Of a DNA stretch of 64,000 bases, positions 57,831-64,000 are shown in pieces. The notes under the pieces were generated by a model. That model was given only the letters and a program-made list of their open reading frames with translations, did not search any database and was not told where the DNA came from. A program made the translations under genes and the position numbers. Position 1 is the first letter of the stretch. Each line of letters starts with the position of its first letter. The DNA is taken from contig JBPCUN010000019.1 in assembly GCA_051011115.1 (NCBI GenBank), positions 2,843-66,842 on the forward strand, read 5' to 3'. This DNA is from Weeksellaceae bacterium (GTDB lineage: Bacteria > Bacteroidota > Bacteroidia > Flavobacteriales > Weeksellaceae).

Positions 57831-59420
57831 ATGTTACGCTCTACAGAATTAAAAAAAGTAAAAGAAAACAAAGATTGGGACGTTATTGTAATCGGTGGAG
57901 GCGCTAGTGGACTAGGTTCTGCTGTCGATGCAGCCACAAGAGGTTATAAAACATTGTGTTTAGAATCCCATGACTTTGCCAAAGGAACATCAAGCCGAAG
58001 CACCAAATTAGTGCATGGTGGAGTTAGATACCTACAACAAGGAGACGTAAGTCTAGTAAAAGAAGCCTTAAGAGAAAGAGGACTACTTGCTCAAAACGCA
58101 TCACACTTGGTTAAAAATCAATCTTTTGTAATCCCTAATTATACTTGGTGGGGTGGTCCTTTTTACCGATTTGGATTAGGACTATATGATTTACTTGCTG
58201 CGGGGTTAAGCCTTGGTAAAACTAAGCATATTAACAAAGAAGATACCATCAAAGCATTACCGACTATAGAGCCAGAAGACTTGCATAGTGGGGTAGTATA
58301 TAAAGATGGCCAATTTGATGATTCTCGTTTAGCAGTAAACCTTGCACAAACGGTTGTTGACAATGATGGCTGTATTGTAAACTACATGAAGGTTGTTGAC
58401 TTATTAAAAGATGATCAAGGTAAAGTTTCTGGCGTTGTAGCAAAAGACATGCTATCTGGTGATGAGTATAAATTGAATGCCAAAACTGTAATCAACGCTA
58501 CAGGTGTCTTCACCAATGAAGTGATGAAAATGGACCACAAAGAAAATAAAAAGTTTGTAGTACCAAGTCAAGGTATTCACTTAGTATTGGATAGATCATT
58601 TTTGCCAACAGACGAGGCTTTAATGATTCCCAAAACTTCTGACGGTCGTGTACTATTTGCGGTGCCTTGGCATGACAAAGTTGTAGTAGGTACTACAGAT
58701 ACTTTAATTAAAGAGCCTAGCTTTGAGCCTAAAGCATTAGAAAAAGAAATTGAATTCGTTTTAGAAACTGCTAGACGTTTCTTAACTAAAAAACCTACCA
58801 GAGAAGATGTAAAATCAGTATTTGCTGGTTTAAGACCACTTGCTGCTCCAGAGAAAGAAGGTCAAAGCACCAAAGAGGTTTCTAGAAGCCATAAAGTTAT
58901 TGTATCTGAAACTGGTTTAATCACTATAACAGGTGGTAAATGGACTACCTATAGACAAATGGCAGAAGACACCATAGATGAAGCTATTAAACAAAAACAA
59001 TTAGAACAGCGAATCTGTGTTACAACACACCTCTCTATTCATGGAAACATTCCTAAAGAACAAGTAGATTTGAAAAATCACTTATATATTTATGGTGCAG
59101 ACATTCCAGCGGTTAAAGCTTTACAAAAAGAAGATGGAATGCAAGAGAAATTACACCCAGATTATGATTTTACAGTAGCAGAAGTCGTGTGGGCTGTAAG
59201 AGAAGAAATGGCTCTAAAAGTGGAAGATGTATTAGCTAGACGTGTTCGTTTATTATTCTTAGATGCAAGAGCTGCGATGGATGTGGCAGAAAAAACAGCG
59301 AGAATTATGGCTAAAGAATTAGGTAAAGATGATGCGTGGGTACAAAAAGAAACCAAAGAATTCTTGGATATAGCTAAAAATTATCTTTTAGTAGATTATA
59401 CCCCGAAAAATTTGAAATAG
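57831..59420 (+). CDS. glpD: FAD-dependent glycerol-3-phosphate dehydrogenase
   Basis: IGGGASG, GTSSRSTKLVHGGVRYL, DGQFDDSRL, GLRPL, GGKWTTYR. ATG at 57831 preferred over TTG at 57804. Confidence 0.93.
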   Translation: MLRSTELKKVKENKDWDVIVIGGGASGLGSAVDAATRGYKTLCLESHDFAKGTSSRSTKLVHGGVRYLQQGDVSLVKEALRERGLLAQNASHLVKNQSFVIPNYTWWGGPFYRFGLGLYDLLAAGLSLGKTKHINKEDTIKALPTIEPEDLHSGVVYKDGQFDDSRLAVNLAQTVVDNDGCIVNYMKVVDLLKDDQGKVSGVVAKDMLSGDEYKLNAKTVINATGVFTNEVMKMDHKENKKFVVPSQGIHLVLDRSFLPTDEALMIPKTSDGRVLFAVPWHDKVVVGTTDTLIKEPSFEPKALEKEIEFVLETARRFLTKKPTREDVKSVFAGLRPLAAPEKEGQSTKEVSRSHKVIVSETGLITITGGKWTTYRQMAEDTIDEAIKQKQLEQRICVTTHLSIHGNIPKEQVDLKNHLYIYGADIPAVKALQKEDGMQEKLHPDYDFTVAEVVWAVREEMALKVEDVLARRVRLLFLDARAAMDVAEKTARIMAKELGKDDAWVQKETKEFLDIAKNYLLVDYTPKNLK

Positions 59421-59465
59421 TAAACTTTTTTTAAATAATTAATAATTTTTTATATCAATAATATC

Positions 59466-60977
59466 ATGAAGGATAAATTTATTTTAGCATTGGACCAAGG
59501 GACTACCTCATCTCGTGCCATTGTATTTAATCACAAAGGAGAAATTGTAAATGTCTCCCAAAAAGAATTTGAACAAAAATTCCCTAAACCAGGGTGGGTA
59601 GAACATGATGCAAATGAAATATGGTCTTCTCAGATATCTGTAGCCGCAGAGGTTATTGCAAAAGCTGATATCACAGGTTTAAATGTGGCAGCCATTGGAA
59701 TCACCAATCAACGTGAGACTACGGTAGTTTGGGACAGAGAAACCTCTGATCCAATATACAATGCAATTGTATGGCAAGACAGAAGAACAGCTAATTATTG
59801 TGATAAGCTAAGAAATGAAGGAAAAGCAGAATTAATCAAAGACAAAACTGGGTTAGTTTTAGATGCTTATTTCTCAGCTACAAAATTAAAATGGATCTTA
59901 GATAATGTAGAAGGTGCAAGAGAAAAAGCTGAAGCAGGAAAACTTTGTTTTGGAACGATTGATACTTGGCTTGTTTGGCGTTTAACTAGAGGTAAAATGT
60001 TTATTACCGATGTCACCAATGCGAGTAGAACCATGTTATATAATATTCATGACATGGAATGGGATAAAGAGTTGCTAGAATTATTCAATATTCCAGCGTC
60101 TATGCTTCCAGAAGTAAAACAAAGTAGTGAAGTATATGGAGAGACTGCAACCACATTATTCTCTACTAAAATTCCTATCGCGGGAATCGCAGGAGACCAA
60201 CAAGCAGCCTTATTTGGCCAAATGTGCGTAAAGCCAGGAATGGTTAAAAATACTTACGGCACAGGTTGTTTCTTATTAATGAACACAGGAGATAAAGCAG
60301 TAAAATCAGAAAATAACTTATTAACTACGATTGCTTGGAAGATCAATGATAAAGTTACTTACGCATTAGAAGGGAGTGTATTCGTAGGAGGTGCAGCCAT
60401 TCAGTGGGTAAGAGATGGTCTTAGATTAATTAGAACTGCACCAGAGATCAACGCTTTGGCGAATATGGAAGAAGATAATGGTGGCGTTTATTTTGTACCT
60501 GCATTAACTGGGCTTGCTGCACCATATTGGGATCAATTTGCTCGTGGGACAATTTTTGGTATTACACGTGGTACTACTGATGGACACATTGCCCGTGCAA
60601 CTTTAGAAGGTATTGCTTACCAAGTATATGATGTAGTGAAATCTATGGAAGCTGATGCTAAAACTAAATCTGTAGAACTTAGAGTAGATGGTGGTGCAAC
60701 AGCAAGTAATACATTAATGCAATTTCAATCAGACTTATTTGGGTTTAAAATTGTAAGGCCTGTAACTTTAGAAACAACAGCACTAGGTGCCGCATATTTA
60801 GCTGGTTTAGCTGTTGGTTACTGGGATAGTTTAGAAGAAATCCAAGAACAATGGGTGACTGATAAAGAATTTAAACCACAAATGGAGAGAGAAGTAGTAG
60901 AAGAAAAACTTCATTACTGGCATAAAGCTGTAAAAGCATCTCTAAACTGGATTGAAAAAGAAGAACATACTAACTAA
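59466..60977 (+). CDS. glpK: Glycerol kinase
   Basis: [45 protein letters not shown]. Confidence 0.97.
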   Translation: MKDKFILALDQGTTSSRAIVFNHKGEIVNVSQKEFEQKFPKPGWVEHDANEIWSSQISVAAEVIAKADITGLNVAAIGITNQRETTVVWDRETSDPIYNAIVWQDRRTANYCDKLRNEGKAELIKDKTGLVLDAYFSATKLKWILDNVEGAREKAEAGKLCFGTIDTWLVWRLTRGKMFITDVTNASRTMLYNIHDMEWDKELLELFNIPASMLPEVKQSSEVYGETATTLFSTKIPIAGIAGDQQAALFGQMCVKPGMVKNTYGTGCFLLMNTGDKAVKSENNLLTTIAWKINDKVTYALEGSVFVGGAAIQWVRDGLRLIRTAPEINALANMEEDNGGVYFVPALTGLAAPYWDQFARGTIFGITRGTTDGHIARATLEGIAYQVYDVVKSMEADAKTKSVELRVDGGATASNTLMQFQSDLFGFKIVRPVTLETTALGAAYLAGLAVGYWDSLEEIQEQWVTDKEFKPQMEREVVEEKLHYWHKAVKASLNWIEKEEHTN

Positions 60978-60992
60978 AAACATTTTTAAAGA

Positions 60993-61724
60993 ATGACACC
61001 ATTTATAGCAGAAATAATTGGAACTGCCTTACTTATATTGTTGGGTAATGGCGTGGTTGCCAATGTAGTTTTAGATAAAACCAAAGGACATAACTCTGGT
61101 TGGATAGTTATCACCTTCGCTTGGGCATTTGCCGTATTCGTAGGTGTAGTAGTGGCAGGTCCTGTTAGTGGAGCGCACTTAAATCCTGCTGTTACCATAG
61201 GTTTAGCATTGGCTGGGCTATTTGATTGGGCAGATGTACCTATGTATATAGCGGGAGAAATGATAGGCGGAATGATAGGAGCCTTTTTCGTATGGTTATT
61301 CTACAGAGATCACTTTAACGCGACAGAAGACGAAACAAGTAAACTAGCATGTTTTGCAACTATTCCAGAAATTAGAAATTCAAGTTCGAATTTAATCTCA
61401 GAGATAATAGGAACATTTGTATTAGTATTTGTAATATTCTTTATTGCAGGACCTACCTTTGAGTCTCCTACGCATCAAGATGTAGCCATAGGACTTGGAT
61501 CCGTAGGTGCATTACCTGTTGCATTCTTAATTTTAGTAATTGGTCTATCCTTAGGAGGGACAACTGGTTATGCGATTAATCCTGCCAGAGACCTTTCACC
61601 TAGAATCGTTCACGCCATTTTACCATTTAAAGGTGCAAGTGATTGGGGATATTCGTGGATTCCTGTTGTAGGACCAATGATTGGCTGTGCTTTAGCCGCA
61701 GGATTATATTTAATTTTAATTTAA
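60993..61724 (+). CDS. glpF: Glycerol uptake facilitator (MIP family)
   Basis: SGAHLNPAVT and GYAINPARD NPA motifs. Confidence 0.93.
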   Translation: MTPFIAEIIGTALLILLGNGVVANVVLDKTKGHNSGWIVITFAWAFAVFVGVVVAGPVSGAHLNPAVTIGLALAGLFDWADVPMYIAGEMIGGMIGAFFVWLFYRDHFNATEDETSKLACFATIPEIRNSSSNLISEIIGTFVLVFVIFFIAGPTFESPTHQDVAIGLGSVGALPVAFLILVIGLSLGGTTGYAINPARDLSPRIVHAILPFKGASDWGYSWIPVVGPMIGCALAAGLYLILI

Positions 61725-61733
61725 TGAAATGAA

Positions 61734-62513
61734 ATGAAAATGAAAAAAATAATTTTAGCTATCATAGCATGTACTAGCATGTTCAACATGATTAATGCGC
61801 AAGAAGTAGTAATAGCTCAAAAATCAGATAGATTTGAGTTCAATGCGGGAATAGAAACTAATCACCTTTGGAGAGGTCTTGTTATCTCTGACAAACCTAC
61901 CGTTACAGGTATGATTAAAATGAATCTAGATGATCAGAATAAATTTCATTTTGGATTATGGGGAGGCACAGCGATTTCCAATGAAAATGATGGAACGCAT
62001 TACAAAGAGATCAATTATTTTATTGAATATGCAGATACTAATTTTAGTATAGGATTATGGGACTTGTTCAACACAAGAGGAATCACTTCTCCAGAAGTAT
62101 TTAATTATGATAAGGATAAGACAACTCATATCCTAGATTTAAGAACTGCATTTTTCCTAGGCGAAAGTTTCCCTATGTCGCTTCAAGCCAACGTACTATT
62201 GTATGGTACAGCAGATCAAGAGTTAAATGATGATGGAGACAACGAGCAAGTATACTCCACTTATTTAGAAGCAGCTTATCCAGTTTATAAAGGACAAGTA
62301 AATGTTGATGCTTTCGTTGGGGCAGGATTAGCACTTAACGGTGATACCCACCTGTATGGGAACCAAGAAAATAGCTTTGACATTGTAAACGTAGGGGTAA
62401 AAGCTTCAAGAAATGTTACTGTTGGTAATTTATCATTTCCAGTAAATGGAATGGTGTTTTGGAACCCTAGTAATGAATATGTAAGAATGCAAATTGCTGC
62501 TTCATTATTTTAA
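61734..62513 (+). CDS. Putative outer membrane beta-barrel/porin at the end of the glp operon
   Basis: Signal peptide, NHLWRG, alternating beta-strand pattern, C-terminal Phe. Confidence 0.6.
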   Translation: MKMKKIILAIIACTSMFNMINAQEVVIAQKSDRFEFNAGIETNHLWRGLVISDKPTVTGMIKMNLDDQNKFHFGLWGGTAISNENDGTHYKEINYFIEYADTNFSIGLWDLFNTRGITSPEVFNYDKDKTTHILDLRTAFFLGESFPMSLQANVLLYGTADQELNDDGDNEQVYSTYLEAAYPVYKGQVNVDAFVGAGLALNGDTHLYGNQENSFDIVNVGVKASRNVTVGNLSFPVNGMVFWNPSNEYVRMQIAASLF

Positions 62514-62538
62514 ATAAATAGCAAATTCTACTCATGTT

Positions 62539-62577
62539 AAAAAAGGTCGCACTTCACTAGGAAGCGTGACCTTTTTT
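62539..62577 (+). terminator. Terminator of the glp operon
   Basis: AAAAAGGTCGCACTTC-ACTAG-GAAGCGTGACCTTTTTT. Confidence 0.8.
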
Positions 62578-62682
62578 ACTTCGATAAACAACGAATATTC
62601 AAAAATTTAGGATAATAATTATAAAAAGTTTTATATCATAGTAATTTTTGTAATTTTGCAATCCTGATATAACATAGGAAAG

Positions 62683-63384
62683 ATGTCTAAAAAGAAAGAA
62701 GAAAAGAAATACGCAACCGAAGAGGTTTTTGAATCATTAGAGCATACAGCACAACAATCTGAACATTTTCTAGAGAAAAATGCCAAGCTTTTAGGTATCA
62801 TTTTCGGTGTTTTGATTTTAGGAGCCTTAGGATATTTTGCTTATTTAAAATTTGTAAAAGAACCGAACAACATCAATGCACAAAAAGAAATCGTAACGGC
62901 TGATCAAATGTTCAACCAAGATTCTATGAGTTTAGCATTGAATGGTAGCCCTGGAGCATATTTAGGATACAATCAAATTATAGAAGAATATAGTGGATCA
63001 GATGTAGCGAATATTGCGAAATTTAAATCTGCTATCGCCCTCTATCAAACAGGCCAATACCAAGAAGCTCTTGATAGAATAGAATCCTTTAATGCAGACG
63101 AGGAGGTAATGAAAGCTATGAAAAGTGGTGTTAAAGGTGATGCTTTAGTTCAATTAGGACAAAAAGACAAAGCCTTAGAAGCTTATACTAGTGCTGTTAA
63201 TGCTTCTAAATTACAAGTTTTACAAGAGGTATATACCAAGAAAGCAGCCACATTAGCTTTTGACTTAAAGAACTACGAAAGTGGTCTTAAGGTGATTAAT
63301 AGTTATATGGAAGGATATCCAGATGGTGATGCTTCTGGAGAAATAGCTCAATTAAAAGAAATGCTTACTTACGCATCTAAATAA
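62683..63384 (+). CDS. Membrane-anchored TPR protein (YfgM-like)
   Basis: Single N-proximal TM followed by TPR-like helices; the usual neighbour of ribH in Bacteroidota; -7 element TAATTTTG at 62651. Confidence 0.75.
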   Translation: MSKKKEEKKYATEEVFESLEHTAQQSEHFLEKNAKLLGIIFGVLILGALGYFAYLKFVKEPNNINAQKEIVTADQMFNQDSMSLALNGSPGAYLGYNQIIEEYSGSDVANIAKFKSAIALYQTGQYQEALDRIESFNADEEVMKAMKSGVKGDALVQLGQKDKALEAYTSAVNASKLQVLQEVYTKKAATLAFDLKNYESGLKVINSYMEGYPDGDASGEIAQLKEMLTYASK

Positions 63385-63385
63385 A

Positions 63386-63913
63386 ATGGCCACAGAGAAT
63401 AAAAACTTGTCTGATTACGACAAAAATCAGTTGCCAAGCGCAGAACCATTTACTTTTGGTATTGTAGTAGCAGAATGGAATAGCCACATAACGCACCCTA
63501 TGCGTGATGGTGCCATAGAAACCTTGATAGATCTAGGTGCCGACGAAGGTAATATACTTGTAGTCGATGTGCCGGGTAGCTTTGAGCTAGTCTATGGAGG
63601 TAAGTTAATGTGTGAGCAGTTTGTAGATGCTGTGATTGTTATTGGCTCTGTGATCAGAGGTGAGACTGCACATTTTGATTACGTGTGCCAAGGCGTTACA
63701 CAAGGAATCAAAGACCTTAATTTACAATATGATGTACCAGTAATTTTCTGTGTATTGACAGATGATAACGAAGAACAAGCTATTGCAAGATCGGGGGGCA
63801 AACACGGTAATAAAGGTATTGAAGCCGCTGTAGCCGCTGTGAAAATGGCTCAACTGAATGCCGAATTAGGTGAAGATGATCTTGGCGGAGACGATTTCCC
63901 TTCTTTAAATTAA
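63386..63913 (+). CDS. ribH: 6,7-dimethyl-8-ribityllumazine synthase
   Basis: VAEWN, VPGSFEL, GSVIRGETAHFDYVC, GNKG. Confidence 0.95.
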   Translation: MATENKNLSDYDKNQLPSAEPFTFGIVVAEWNSHITHPMRDGAIETLIDLGADEGNILVVDVPGSFELVYGGKLMCEQFVDAVIVIGSVIRGETAHFDYVCQGVTQGIKDLNLQYDVPVIFCVLTDDNEEQAIARSGGKHGNKGIEAAVAAVKMAQLNAELGEDDLGGDDFPSLN

Positions 63914-63922
63914 AATAAATCC

Positions 63923-64000
63923 ATGGCCGCAAAGCGGAAGTATTATGTCGTTTGGAAAGGTAGAACACCAGGCATTTATAATAGCTGGAAAGCTTGTCAA
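63923..64000 (+). CDS. rnhA: Ribonuclease HI N-terminal hybrid-binding domain, continues past the window end
   Basis: MAAKRKYYVVWKGRTPGIYNSWKACQ matches the RNase H1 N-terminal (viroplasmin-like) motif. Confidence 0.8.
   Translation, partial: MAAKRKYYVVWKGRTPGIYNSWKACQ

Noticed and set aside
928-63968. Numerous 60-125 aa ORFs antisense or out of frame within long genes
   Set aside because: They lie within well-supported CDSs and show the biased composition of shadow frames.
1-64000. CRISPR arrays, IS elements, prophage or rRNA
   Set aside because: No regularly spaced repeats, transposase/integrase ORFs, phage genes or rRNA-like sequence found by reading.

Overview
AT-rich chromosomal segment of a Bacteroidota (Flavobacteriales, probably Weeksellaceae/Flavobacteriaceae) bacterium, judged from T9SS C-terminal domains, TAnnTTTG promoters and gene neighbourhoods. 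It is mostly housekeeping: pyrF (partial), ktrB/ktrA, PIF1-like helicase, pyc, polA, smpB, ompA, cysE/cysK, aat, tRNA-Leu(TAG), glgX, namZ-like, aminotransferase, feoAB, ABC-F, pncA, rseP, manC, mlaEF, a glpR-glpD-glpK-glpF glycerol operon, ribH and the start of rnhA. I saw no integrase, transposase, prophage or CRISPR array. The best candidate for an undescribed system is a two-gene unit at 23015-26125: an outer-membrane protein with three predicted beta-barrels and an internal coiled coil, followed by a periplasmic OmpA-domain coiled-coil protein that shares the same helical motifs. Other notable items are an orphan actinobacterial-type 3-ketosteroid delta-1-dehydrogenase, a T9SS subtilase with gingipain-style adhesin motifs, an iron-uptake cluster with two Fur-like boxes and an unannotated small Cys-rich gene, and a putative porin closing the glycerol operon. 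All family calls come from motif recognition, not database searches.
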